Assembly: GCA_973895155.1 (NCBI GenBank)
Contig: OZ316896.1
Coordinates: forward strand, 23,269,722-23,333,721
From: Marsupella aquatica
Taxonomy: Eukaryota; Plantae; Marchantiophyta
Direction of reading: 5' to 3'
Length of the DNA stretch: 64,000 bases
Shown here: in pieces, positions 31,337 through 42,151 of the stretch
Layout: each line of letters starts with the position of its first letter
Numbering within the stretch: the stretch's first letter is position 1
Made by a program: the position numbers and the translations under genes
Notes under the pieces: generated by a model
What the model saw: only the letters and a program-made list of their open reading frames with translations
Databases searched by the model: none
Told to the model about the DNA's origin: nothing

Positions 31337-34330
31337 ATGACTGACCTTACGCCGAGGGAAGAAAGAGTGATTCAACGGGAGAGAGCTCGACTGCAGCAGC
31401 TCGCCGGGTGGCATGATACACAGCGACTGAGAGGGGCAGAAAGAGCTGGTAGCTCCGAAACTGGAAGTGGCGTCGAAGAAGACATACCAGAAGAAGAGTC
31501 GGTAAGGAGAAGTGAGTCTCCAACCGACATGGGGGAACCAGAGGCACGGCCAGACGAGAGGCCAGGGACCAGATTGAGCCAGCGGTCGCGCATACATTAC
31601 AAGGCATTTCATGGGAGAGGAGATGAGGATCCGAACGAATGGTTGGATGATTTCGAGGGAACCGCTGCAGCAAATGGAGAATCGGCCATCAAGATGCAGA
31701 TTCTTCCCGGCCTGTTCAAGGGTGAGGCTAGGCCTTGGTACAGAGCATTAGATGTGGAAGATCAAGCCATCTGGGATATCTTCAAAACACTCTTTGTTAA
31801 GGAGTTTCGACCCATTGGAACTTCAGAACTAGCAGTGCTGAAGTTGGGACAACTTCGGTTCAAGGAGAACAAATCCTTCAGGAAGTTCTTGCAACGCTTT
31901 CAGAAACTGGTAAGACGTACAAAGACCAATGCATCTGAAGGTATGCAACTTCAATGGTTGGTGAATGCTTTGCCACAGAAGATGAGTTTTGCAATTAGGA
32001 AGGAGAACCCGGAGACCTTAGCCGAAGCAATTAAGGATATTCAATTATACATTAATGCAGATATCACAAGCCGGAAGAAACAACTTAAGTCTGAGAGTTC
32101 CTCATCAGAGGAGGGATCACCCCACAAGAAAAAAGATAAGAAGAAGAAACATTCCAAGAAGTCTAGAAGTGATAAGTCAAGCTCGAATAGTGGGAGTAGC
32201 AAGAGTGAGTCATCTTCTAGTTCTGAAGAAGAAAAAACTAGGAAAAGGAAGGGCAGAAGGAGAGGGAAGACGAAAGTCAAGATGGAGGCTAAGCCACCAG
32301 ATAACATCGTAGCCCTTACCGAGCAACTTAAGGCTATCATTGCAGAGGTAAAACCAAAGAAGAAGGTAGTACAGGAGGATAGCTCTGTATGGTGTGCCTT
32401 ATGTTATAAAACCGGACACCATAAAGATGCTTGTCCTAAGCTTAATACTAATCAGGTTCGGCATGTGGCCGAGATCAGACCATGTCAGGGAGAAGTAGAG
32501 TACTTTTTGGGAGATGCCGCTGATAGTGTTTTCGGCATCAGTGAGACTGGAGCACGAGACCTATCCAACAGACCTGCATCTCTGTGGTCAGGGTTAAGGA
32601 ACAATCCAGGAGAGATGTATCCTCGGATTATTCAGAACCCGTCAGTACCTCCTAGGCCGAATGTGCAAAGATTTGCGGCGTGCTATAATTGTGGTCAACC
32701 TGGCCATTTTGCTAGAGAATGCCCGAATGCACGCAAACAGGGTGATGGACAACCAGCTCAGCTATGTATAGGATGCCGACAGGAAGGTCATATGCTAGGG
32801 CAATGTCCTACTTGGTTGGCAGGCCTGGCCGCAAATCATAAGCTTTTGCCGATCAAGATCTTACCGCCAGGTACTACCCCCGGAGGAGTTCAAATCAACC
32901 ACATCGAACTAGGATGGCAAGAGGATGCCGAGGCAGAGTTCGTACCATCTGATGATGAGGCCGAAGCCCTATCAACCTTCTCAGAGGAGGATTTAGATCA
33001 TGATTGCTACCGGGTCTCTACTCGATCTACCAGAAGGAAGGAAAGGTGGGATGGGCTGGCCAAAAATAAAGGGAAGGTTACGGAGGAAAGGATCGACTCT
33101 TCGTCAACATCAACAGAAGGAGAAGGGAGGGCTCCGGCAATACAGGTAAGCCATGAGCCCACCAGTGAAACCAATCCTTCACAAGATAGCGACTTCAATC
33201 GAGATCATCCTAAGTTGTTCTACCCCTCTGTTACGGCTAGTGTTAAGGAACAACTAAGAGAATTAGAAACCCTGGAGAATACCGAAGCCATTGCCAAGGA
33301 TGTAAAACGAGCAAAAGCATTGTTTGCTTCGGAAGACCCAACAGCTGTGGAGACTAGCGTGGCAAAACTGGCCGAATCCAAGACGGAAACACCACCAGAG
33401 GAGAAGCCGATTGTTCCCTATGACCTGGCTAAAGATGTACTAGAATCTAGAGTCTCGGCAACAGTAGGTCAACTATTGAAAAATAGCCCGTACTTCCGGA
33501 AGCAATTAAGGAAGGCTATTCTCGGCAAGCCGAGATTACCCAAGGTAGCAACCAGATCCGACGTACTAATGATAGAAGAAGATCAAGGAGCCCCAGCATT
33601 ACCATTAATGATTCAAGGAGAATTATTACTACGGGTACCCATCGATGGAGGATCAGGGGTATGTATTATGATTGATTCAACAGCAAAAGGGTGGGGTCTA
33701 ACACCGGAGATGACTGGAAGAGTGTTGAACATGGCCAATGGATATCAGGTCATTCCGACGGGAGTGTTAACCGGCATCAAGACAGAGATAGGAGGTATCT
33801 TCTTTAGCATTAACTATGTAGTAATGAAGCCGGTAAATCCTACGTCATTCCGGCTATTGATTGGTAGGCCATGGCTGTACCTAGCCGAGGTAATAGAAGA
33901 TTGGGGTAAAAAGCAGTTCACTTTCGGGACCCCCTCTATCACGGTATCCTGGGACACTAAGGATGACCGTAGGAAAAGCATAAGGGAAGTAGATGGGTAC
34001 GATAGTGGACTGGAGTCAGCCGATGAAGTACGTTGGTTAGAATGCTTCACTAACCTAACCGAAGAAGGTGTCTTTGGACCAGAGGTACCCCCCAGCGGAT
34101 TATGGCAAGAACCAATGGAAGGTGACTTGGAAAAAGAAGACGAAGAGGTCGAGGACTGCTTTACAATAGAATCCACCTTTTTAGCTGCAATTCCGGAGGA
34201 AGTTAAGGATGTAGACCAATTGGATGAAACGGCTAAGTGGGGAGCAGTAGCAGGGACAGGGGATTTTCTGCAGGCGTTGTGGCAGAGCCGACGTGGTCCA
34301 CAACGCCATCGATCATCGGCAAGGAATTAA
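31337..34330 (+). CDS. gag: Gag-protease polyprotein (copy 2)
   Basis: Near-identical to 1906-4899. Confidence 0.93.
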   Translation: MTDLTPREERVIQRERARLQQLAGWHDTQRLRGAERAGSSETGSGVEEDIPEEESVRRSESPTDMGEPEARPDERPGTRLSQRSRIHYKAFHGRGDEDPNEWLDDFEGTAAANGESAIKMQILPGLFKGEARPWYRALDVEDQAIWDIFKTLFVKEFRPIGTSELAVLKLGQLRFKENKSFRKFLQRFQKLVRRTKTNASEGMQLQWLVNALPQKMSFAIRKENPETLAEAIKDIQLYINADITSRKKQLKSESSSSEEGSPHKKKDKKKKHSKKSRSDKSSSNSGSSKSESSSSSEEEKTRKRKGRRRGKTKVKMEAKPPDNIVALTEQLKAIIAEVKPKKKVVQEDSSVWCALCYKTGHHKDACPKLNTNQVRHVAEIRPCQGEVEYFLGDAADSVFGISETGARDLSNRPASLWSGLRNNPGEMYPRIIQNPSVPPRPNVQRFAACYNCGQPGHFARECPNARKQGDGQPAQLCIGCRQEGHMLGQCPTWLAGLAANHKLLPIKILPPGTTPGGVQINHIELGWQEDAEAEFVPSDDEAEALSTFSEEDLDHDCYRVSTRSTRRKERWDGLAKNKGKVTEERIDSSSTSTEGEGRAPAIQVSHEPTSETNPSQDSDFNRDHPKLFYPSVTASVKEQLRELETLENTEAIAKDVKRAKALFASEDPTAVETSVAKLAESKTETPPEEKPIVPYDLAKDVLESRVSATVGQLLKNSPYFRKQLRKAILGKPRLPKVATRSDVLMIEEDQGAPALPLMIQGELLLRVPIDGGSGVCIMIDSTAKGWGLTPEMTGRVLNMANGYQVIPTGVLTGIKTEIGGIFFSINYVVMKPVNPTSFRLLIGRPWLYLAEVIEDWGKKQFTFGTPSITVSWDTKDDRRKSIREVDGYDSGLESADEVRWLECFTNLTEEGVFGPEVPPSGLWQEPMEGDLEKEDEEVEDCFTIESTFLAAIPEEVKDVDQLDETAKWGAVAGTGDFLQALWQSRRGPQRHRSSARN

Positions 34331-37300
34331 ATACCAAGGGATCGGCATACAAGCCGATTACGAGGGCAGAACAAATTGAGGCCCTATTAGAAGCCGAGAG
34401 AGCACAGCGGCCTAACTCTCAGGAGCAAGAGGTGGATGAGATGGACAGACACGATCCAGAGCCAAGGCAGGAAGGGGAGCCGACCACTAATTCAAAACCG
34501 AATAGATCGGTAAGGGGACAATCTATGGACACCAAGGAAGGGACCGACTCGGCTAGTCCAGCCGAGATCCCAGTTTATGGAGGTATGAGATTAGAGAGAC
34601 TGGAAGCCGAACTGGACCCGAATTTGAAGAAGCAGATTAATATGATCCAAGCACGGCAATATCGGAAGCTCGACTTAGGAGAGGGAAGAGAACTGAACTT
34701 AGGGAGAAACCTAGCACCTGAGCTCGAGAAAGAGATCAGTGACTTATTGATTGAATTTCAGGATGTGTTTGCATGGAGTCACCAAGATCTAAAGGGCGTA
34801 GATCCAACACTAGGGGAACATCGAATTGATCTCATGTTAGGAGCCAAATCATTTCGACAACCAATTCGAAGGATGAACCCGAAGTATTCCCTGCTGGTCA
34901 AAACAGAAATCGACAAACTAGTGGAAGCTGGATTCATCACTCCAGTCCTGCATTCAGACTGGGTGTCTCCAATTGTGATAGTTCCCAAGAAAGCTGGACC
35001 CGATGGTAAACCCAAGATCCGGGTTTGTCAGGATTACAGGAAGCTGAATGAAGCAACATTAAAAGACCATTTTCCTTTACCGTTTACTGATATGGTACTA
35101 GACATGGTAGCCAGTCATGAACTATATTCATTCATGGATGGATACTCTGGTTATAACCAAATCAGGATTCGGCAGGAAGACCAAATCAAGACGGCCTTCA
35201 TCACGGAATGGGGGATCTATGTCTTCAATCATATGCCGTTTGGACTCTGCAACGCACCAGCTATGTTCCAACGATTAATGGTGAACATTTTTCATGATTA
35301 CTTGAGAAAGTTCATGGAAATCTTCATTGATGACTTTGCAGTATTCGGGAAGGCATCGAAACATGCTAAATACCTCAGGAAAACCTTCATGAGATGTAGG
35401 GAGGTGGGTCTCAAATTACACCCCGATAAATGTTTTTTTGCAGTAACCGAGGGGGTGCTACTAGGTCACAAGGTATCAAGGAAGGGCATTGAGATTGACA
35501 AAGGTAAGCTAGCAGTATGGCTAGATATCATGCAACCTAAGAACATAAAGGATGTAAGATCCTTCTTGGGATGCATTGGTTACTATCGCCGGTTCATCAA
35601 GGATTTTGCCAAGCTAGCTTTACCATTAACCAATATGCTCAAGGCAGGAGCAGACTTCGAACCCACACCCGAACGAGTCACGGCGGTGGTAGAATTGAAG
35701 CAGATGTTAGTAGAGGCCCCAGTCATGATAGCACCGGACTGGAACAAAGATTTTCATGTTTTTGTAGATGTCTCGGGCTTCTGTATTGGCTCAGTACTAA
35801 GTCAGTTGGATGAGAAAGGAAGGGACCATCCCATATACTTCGCAAGCCGTCAGCTTGCCGATGCCGAACGGAACTACTCTACCACGGAAAGAGAAGCATT
35901 AGGAGTCATTTATTCTTGTAAAAAGTTTAGGCATTATTTACTAGGGTACAAGGTAATCTTTCATACTGATCATGAAAGTTTGAAGTACCTAGTCAATAAG
36001 CCGGACCTTACAGGCAGAGTAGCAAGATGGATTTTGCTATTACAGGAGTTTGACTATGAGCTGAGGATCAAGCCGGGAAAGTTACATGCCAATGCCGACT
36101 TCTTTTCAAGGATCACAGGTAAACCTGCCACGGATTGCATCGATGATCGATTCCCCGACGAGGAGCTATTCGTTGTGGAAATAGCTGGTACATGGTACCC
36201 TGAGATTTTACAATTTCTCAGCACTTCCAGATTACAGCCAGGATTAAGCCGAGAGCAAGCCGCAGTCTTTGTGCGGAAGGTCAGACAGTATCAGTGCATT
36301 AAAGGCATACTGCACAAGCATGGAATCAACGGCACGATTCAAAGGTGTTTGGAGAAGAGAGAGGTAAAACGAGTCCTACGGGCCATGCATGGAGAGGAGG
36401 CCGGAGGACATTTTGCCCCAGTAACCACGTCTAAGAAGATATTAAATGCCGGTTACTGGTGGCCCACCTTGCACAAAGATGTCTATCAGTTTATCAAACA
36501 ATGCGATCCTTGTCAACGAGCGGGAGGACCAAGGGCGTCCACCAGGCATCCACTGCACCCTATTCTACCTCTGGCACCATTCGAGAAGTGGGGTATTGAT
36601 TACATTGGACCTCTGAAACCACTGACCCACCCTCGACGGAACAAGTACATAATCCTGGCTACGGATTATGCAACTAAATGGGTAGAGGCCAGACCAACAA
36701 CGAAGGATGATGCAATTACTACGGCTAGATTCATGTATGAGCAGATCTTCACCAGGTATGGAGCACCCCTAGAATTAGTTAGTGATAGAGGAACCCATTT
36801 TTTGAATGATATAATTAGTCGTTTAAATGAGCAGTATTTAGTTAAACATAGGCCTACTACTCCCTACCATCCAAAGGCAAACGGGTTGACAGAACGAGCA
36901 AACGGAATCATAGGAAAGATATTGAACAAAACAGTAGCTCAGAACAAACTCGATTGGGATGATAAATTGTTTGCTGCTGTTTTTGCTTACAATCTTGCCT
37001 ATAAATCCACTACCGGTCATACACCCTTCTTCTTAACCTTTGGACAAGAAGCCCTGGTACCCATGCAACTTGAGATACCGACATTTCAAGTTACAATTGA
37101 GGAAAGAGCCTCAGCGGAGGAGAGCCTAAAGGAGCGAGAATATAGGTTAGAAGCTTTAGAGGAAGCGAGAATGATTTCAGCCGAGAGAGTAGAATATAGA
37201 CAGAATATCATGAAGCAGCAGTATGATAAAAGGTTAAAAGTAGTTAGTATTCATACCGGTGATCTTGTGCTACTTTATGACAGTAGGTATAGTAGGTTTC

Positions 37301-37503
37301 CAGGAAAGCTTTACACTCGCTGGTTAGGACCCTTTAGAGTAACCATGATGTTCCCCAATGGCTCCGTGCAATTGGCCAACATTACGGGGGAGGTATATCC
37401 AGTTCGCATCCATTATGACCGCCTCAAGAAATACTATATGGACGAAGATGAAGTTGTTCGCGAGGACGCTTCACAATTAAGTGGGGAGCTATGTGATGCC
37501 TAG
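34237..37503 (+). CDS. pol: Pol RT-RH-INT (copy 2)
   Basis: Near-identical to 4806-8072; catalytic motifs intact. Confidence 0.95.
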   Translation: MGSSSRDRGFSAGVVAEPTWSTTPSIIGKELNTKGSAYKPITRAEQIEALLEAERAQRPNSQEQEVDEMDRHDPEPRQEGEPTTNSKPNRSVRGQSMDTKEGTDSASPAEIPVYGGMRLERLEAELDPNLKKQINMIQARQYRKLDLGEGRELNLGRNLAPELEKEISDLLIEFQDVFAWSHQDLKGVDPTLGEHRIDLMLGAKSFRQPIRRMNPKYSLLVKTEIDKLVEAGFITPVLHSDWVSPIVIVPKKAGPDGKPKIRVCQDYRKLNEATLKDHFPLPFTDMVLDMVASHELYSFMDGYSGYNQIRIRQEDQIKTAFITEWGIYVFNHMPFGLCNAPAMFQRLMVNIFHDYLRKFMEIFIDDFAVFGKASKHAKYLRKTFMRCREVGLKLHPDKCFFAVTEGVLLGHKVSRKGIEIDKGKLAVWLDIMQPKNIKDVRSFLGCIGYYRRFIKDFAKLALPLTNMLKAGADFEPTPERVTAVVELKQMLVEAPVMIAPDWNKDFHVFVDVSGFCIGSVLSQLDEKGRDHPIYFASRQLADAERNYSTTEREALGVIYSCKKFRHYLLGYKVIFHTDHESLKYLVNKPDLTGRVARWILLLQEFDYELRIKPGKLHANADFFSRITGKPATDCIDDRFPDEELFVVEIAGTWYPEILQFLSTSRLQPGLSREQAAVFVRKVRQYQCIKGILHKHGINGTIQRCLEKREVKRVLRAMHGEEAGGHFAPVTTSKKILNAGYWWPTLHKDVYQFIKQCDPCQRAGGPRASTRHPLHPILPLAPFEKWGIDYIGPLKPLTHPRRNKYIILATDYATKWVEARPTTKDDAITTARFMYEQIFTRYGAPLELVSDRGTHFLNDIISRLNEQYLVKHRPTTPYHPKANGLTERANGIIGKILNKTVAQNKLDWDDKLFAAVFAYNLAYKSTTGHTPFFLTFGQEALVPMQLEIPTFQVTIEERASAEESLKEREYRLEALEEARMISAERVEYRQNIMKQQYDKRLKVVSIHTGDLVLLYDSRYSRFPGKLYTRWLGPFRVTMMFPNGSVQLANITGEVYPVRIHYDRLKKYYMDEDEVVREDASQLSGELCDA

Positions 37504-40500
37504 ACAGGAATCACTCGGCCGGTTAAGTGGGTAAAGCAGGAAGGCACCCTAGGAACACCTTAGTATAGTGACAAAACAAGGAAAATATAAACAATTAGGG
37601 GCAACCATGGAACCCGGGCAGAGGCCGGAGGTAAGGCTGAGGGTGAAAACCCGATTAGGGTTAGGGCGCGTTAAGCGTCGGCGGCTAGGAAGGATCAACG
37701 GGAAGAAGGACCGGCAGAGGAGAGGGGTAAGGAGCGCTTGCAGGAGATGGTGGCTCATTTGCGAGCACGAACTAGGCAGACGACTACGGGAGGCCAACTA
37801 CTGTCAGCTGCTTAGGCAAGCACTCGGGGAGAGAGTAGATACCGACGATCAACCTAAGGAGGGTATGAGCAACGTCAATCAAGCGGCACATTTCTGGGGA
37901 TGCCTGTTCGAACGGGCAACTGAGTACATCAAGACTTACGAGGACGAGGAGTCAGAAAGGGCAGCTCGAGAACGGCAGGAGCTCGCTCGATTGTGGGAGC
38001 TGCAGAAGACGGCTTTCTTAGGAGGCGAACTCATCAAGGACGAGTTCCTGTGGACGCCTACTTCCAATCAACTCGACGATCTTCTGTTTTGCAAGGACAG
38101 CGTCGTCGGCATCCGAGAGGCCATCAAGAACTGCAACGACATACACTGGGAATTAAAGGGTAGCACGGAAAGGTGGACCCAGGCAACGGTGCTAGGAGAA
38201 ACCTCCACGGCAGCAGAGATGAAGAGGAAGGGAGCCGTCAACGATGAAGCCACCCCGGCAAAAAGAATGAGGTCGACGGCACCAAAGAAGCCAGCCGAGC
38301 AGCAGAGCAGGAGGCAGGAAGAAGCCGAAGAGGAGGAGGTCGATCCCATCAAGGCCATTCCAACCAGGGATGACACCTGGAAGGGCTGGGCGGCAACCCT
38401 ACCGGTGGAGGTGCAACTACATTTTGCACGGGAGGAGGATGCATGCTTTACGGCCATGCAGACCAAGAAGTACCAAGGCTTCATGGCCGGATCCGGCTTG
38501 GAGGCCTTTGTAAGATTACCATGGCTGAAGCCGGAGGTACCGGAGTCAGACCTATTAGAATTCGTGGGGTCATGGGAACCCGAGACCAATTGCACGAGGA
38601 TATATGGGAAGGATTTCTATCTTACTCCCAAGGTGATTGCCGAAGTGTTTGGCTTGCCGATGGGCAATAAGACCAAAGTTGATACCAGGAAGACCTTGCC
38701 TGACAAGGAGTTCCGGTCGTTCCCCGGGCCATCAACGAAGAATGGCTTCTTCCGGAACACCTGCACCAACCCGCACATAGGAGAGATGATCGACTTCTTG
38801 CGGGTGACGATGCATTGTAACTTGCCGAGGGCAGAGATCGGCAAGGCACAGGTCTATCTGGCAGAAAGGCCAGACCCAAGCCGGGACTACAACGGGTACC
38901 TCCTCAACCAATTGAAGAAGATCTTAAAGGAGGAGCAGCAGGTAATCGGCATGGGGAGCGTGTCGCGGCTTGGCTATCACATGCCGCTGTTGTGCCGGTA
39001 TGCCAGAGGTCAGACTTTTGCCCCGGTACTTCCCCTGCAGGTAAGGGCACCCGAGGAAGCTCCAACGCCGAGGCCGTTGGCTGAGAGGCCTCAACCACCT
39101 ATTAGTCCTACGATCAAGCAGGTGTTTAGGCCCAGGAAGGAAGACTTGCCGATGCAGCAACCAGGCATGCAGAGTCTGCTGAAACTACTGGAGAAAGAAA
39201 AGAAATCGGCATCGGCAACAACAACGGCAACGGCAACCATGCAGGACACTACTACAGAGGTAGGCCTACACCGGCTCACAAGAGAAAACCCCTTTGCTGG
39301 AGACAAGGAGAGAATCAGGCCGGAATCCAAGCCAGGTGTTCGAATGTACGTGGGAACCTCAAGCTCCGAATCTGAGGCAGAATTGCCTGAAGCTCCTACC
39401 GAGGAAGAGGAGAGGGAGAAGCCGGAAATCCAAGAGGTAGAGGAGGCAGTGGAGGACTGCAGCCATGATAATTCCGGCTATGGGTCGGACCATCACGTTC
39501 CAGGAGTAAGGACCTGTGGCCGGTTTGTCCCCACACTTCCAAGGGTAGTGCGAGGGGACCCCAACCAACAGAGTAGCCCTGAGTCTCCCCCACCAGATGT
39601 TGCTCCCCCGAGCTTCGACGGCATAAAACAGACGGTGCAGGAATTTCAGGAGCGAATCAAGCAGGAGGAAGAGGCCGCCCTGGCTAAGGAAAAGGATTTA
39701 CCAGGAGGAGATTGGCCGGAGGACATCAGGCGGCTAGCCGAAAAAGGAAGCAAACCTCTAGCCACGATTGAAGAGATCCGCAGGACGGCTTGGGAGCAGA
39801 GGCCACGATGGGCGATGCCGATCACTTCTACTTACTCCACCTACGCTAAGAATAGAGCCATGGAGTATGGTGAGATGTGTGGGGAACTTGCGCTCGGCAT
39901 CTTTGGAGAGGAGTTGGAGGTAGGACCCTTTTTCCATAGGGAGCAGTTGGAGAAGCACCAATTAGAAGAAGCGGTGGCTTTAGAGAGAAGCAAGAAGGAC
40001 GAGGTCATTCGGCGGCTTAGGAGGATGGAAGCCGAGATTGAAGATCTAAGGGCGGCCAAGAAAGCCCAAGATGAACTGCGGATTAAACGACATGAGCTGA
40101 ACATCATGCAGGGGCAGTTGGACGCCGCGCAGGCTGATAATCAGAATATCAAGGATAAACTGACTCAGACGCAGGAAGAGTTGGCCGACACGATCAAAGA
40201 AAGGGAAAAGTGGAAGCAAGAGCTGAAGAATACAGAGGAGGCCCACATAACAGCCAACAGCCGGGCCATGGCGAAGACTCAAAGAAAGGAATGGGCGTTG
40301 AAAGGGGAGCTCGAGAAAATCCGCGGAGCCCTTGAGCAGAAGGAGGTCGAGTTAGGAAAATCCTATCAAGGGATTATGGCGCTGCAGCAGGAGCTTGCAT
40401 CCCTGACGGCCAGCTTCAAGGCCGACCTAAGGGAGAAGGACGAGATGCTCGAACAGACTTACGCCAAGATGAACCAGATGGAGTCTGTCATCATTGCAGA

Positions 40501-42151
40501 GCTCGACAAGGAGCTAAGAGCAACCCAGGAGGAGAAGGCTACCTTGAAGAAGGAATTGGAGGAAGCCCACAGGGAGCAGGAGGAGGCCAAAAACGAGCTG
40601 GAGGGGGCACGTAAGGACCTGGATGAAACCCAAGAGGAGTTGGAGGAAATCACGAGGAAGATGGAGAACCTACAGCGGCGGGCCGACAACCAAACAGAGC
40701 GGCTGAAGAAACAAGCCGCAGTATTTAAATGCTTAGCTGCAGCAGGTCCATCTCCCGTTGGGACAAACCAGTTACCAGGGGTGGTAATTGCCGAAGGACA
40801 AGCCGCGCCACCTGCACCAGTGCCGGAATTAAGTGGGAAGGGGAAGGGACCAGCTGCCGAGCCACCAACGAAGAAGAAGCGGAAACCTTCAGGGTCAAGG
40901 AGTAATACGACTTCACAGGCCGTGGTGATCAAGGAGGTAGACCCAGCACCGACCCCAGACAGGGTCACGGCTAAGGATCCAACTACCCTAGGGGAAGGGG
41001 AAGCCGAAGCCGAGGGAGTGGCTGAAGCCGAAGCCGTGAGAGTGGCTGAGGCCAAAGCCGTGGGTATTGCCGAGGCCGGTGTCGAGGCTGAAGCCGAAGG
41101 TGGACCCAGTCAGGCCGAGGGAGAGTTGACTCGGTCAAGGGCAGGTAATCTGTCAGTAGGCGGGCCAACGGCAGTGGCTGCGGAGGAAGTGTTGGGGGCG
41201 TCCATTGAGGATCCACCACCGGTGTCGTGACGGTGCAAGGGCGCCGTTCCTTTTAGGGAGGGCGGACGTGGAGGGAGGAGGCGTGAGTGGGCAGGGCGGG
41301 CGCGGATCTCCACGTTTAGGATTAGGATCAGAACCAGGAGCGGCCCTGACACTTAGCTTAGTGGGATTGCGGTCCCACTGGTAGGAGCAACACTTGTGCT
41401 CCTGCCTTGCTGTACATAGGTAGATTCGGGCAAGTAGATTACTGTTAAGTAGATTAGGCTTACGATGCAAAGAATGGCGGATCCACTACCAGGATAAGTA
41501 CCTGGGCAGCGGGGAGATCAGGGCCTCTTCTTTAGCAAGTTTTTAGTTTGCACCAGCCGGGCTGGGATCAAGTAGTACGAGAAGCTCTCGGTTAGTCATA
41601 CAGTGACCCTTGTGTATATTCATGTTTCCTCATGCCTAAGAGCTGAATAGAGTTGGCCTCACGGCTTAGTTCGCAGAACTTGTGTATGAGATGTACTGTT
41701 TGTATGGCAAGTGCATGGTATGACTCAGTCAGAATGAGTCATTTTGCTATTTGTGTGTCGCATTAACTTGTGTGAAGAGTGCCCACATCAACAGAAGGAA
41801 GGAAAGTAAGCAGGGGAGTGAGAGTTGGATGTGTCGAGCTGAGAGAGGTCTTAGCGGCTTAACCAAGCCTATTGGGGATCATTCCGGCGGCGGAATCCAA
41901 ACATACCTAACAAGACGGAGGGGAAGACAGGGGAAGACAGGGGAAGGCCTATATTAGGCCGGCTACGTATCTCATGACCCGATGAAGGATCTGTCCAGTA
42001 TATGTGTGTAAAATGTTAATAGTAGTAGTAGAAGGTTAGCAGCGTCCCATGCCGCTAAGCCGCGGAAACGGCCTCGCCAAGCACGAAACCTGCGGGAATC
42101 GGCTTGAGCTGGGGGGTTTCTTGGGTTTAGGGAGCCATGGGACGCACCACA
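37492..42151 (+). repeat. 3' LTR of copy 2 (4660 bp)
   Basis: Preceded by PPT TAAGTGGGGAGCTA, followed by TSD GCTTT. Confidence 0.96.
37607..41230 (+). CDS. LTR-encoded protein, 1207 aa (3' LTR, copy 2)
   Basis: Intact duplicate of 26723-30346. Confidence 0.82.
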   Translation: MEPGQRPEVRLRVKTRLGLGRVKRRRLGRINGKKDRQRRGVRSACRRWWLICEHELGRRLREANYCQLLRQALGERVDTDDQPKEGMSNVNQAAHFWGCLFERATEYIKTYEDEESERAARERQELARLWELQKTAFLGGELIKDEFLWTPTSNQLDDLLFCKDSVVGIREAIKNCNDIHWELKGSTERWTQATVLGETSTAAEMKRKGAVNDEATPAKRMRSTAPKKPAEQQSRRQEEAEEEEVDPIKAIPTRDDTWKGWAATLPVEVQLHFAREEDACFTAMQTKKYQGFMAGSGLEAFVRLPWLKPEVPESDLLEFVGSWEPETNCTRIYGKDFYLTPKVIAEVFGLPMGNKTKVDTRKTLPDKEFRSFPGPSTKNGFFRNTCTNPHIGEMIDFLRVTMHCNLPRAEIGKAQVYLAERPDPSRDYNGYLLNQLKKILKEEQQVIGMGSVSRLGYHMPLLCRYARGQTFAPVLPLQVRAPEEAPTPRPLAERPQPPISPTIKQVFRPRKEDLPMQQPGMQSLLKLLEKEKKSASATTTATATMQDTTTEVGLHRLTRENPFAGDKERIRPESKPGVRMYVGTSSSESEAELPEAPTEEEEREKPEIQEVEEAVEDCSHDNSGYGSDHHVPGVRTCGRFVPTLPRVVRGDPNQQSSPESPPPDVAPPSFDGIKQTVQEFQERIKQEEEAALAKEKDLPGGDWPEDIRRLAEKGSKPLATIEEIRRTAWEQRPRWAMPITSTYSTYAKNRAMEYGEMCGELALGIFGEELEVGPFFHREQLEKHQLEEAVALERSKKDEVIRRLRRMEAEIEDLRAAKKAQDELRIKRHELNIMQGQLDAAQADNQNIKDKLTQTQEELADTIKEREKWKQELKNTEEAHITANSRAMAKTQRKEWALKGELEKIRGALEQKEVELGKSYQGIMALQQELASLTASFKADLREKDEMLEQTYAKMNQMESVIIAELDKELRATQEEKATLKKELEEAHREQEEAKNELEGARKDLDETQEELEEITRKMENLQRRADNQTERLKKQAAVFKCLAAAGPSPVGTNQLPGVVIAEGQAAPPAPVPELSGKGKGPAAEPPTKKKRKPSGSRSNTTSQAVVIKEVDPAPTPDRVTAKDPTTLGEGEAEAEGVAEAEAVRVAEAKAVGIAEAGVEAEAEGGPSQAEGELTRSRAGNLSVGGPTAVAAEEVLGASIEDPPPVS

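Larger units (their letters stand above)
26608..42151 (+). mobile_element. Ty3/Gypsy giant-LTR family, copy 2, complete (15,544 bp)
   Basis: 5-bp TSD GCTTT at 26603-26607 and 42152-42156; two 4660-bp LTRs with TG...CA ends; all ORFs open. Confidence 0.97.
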
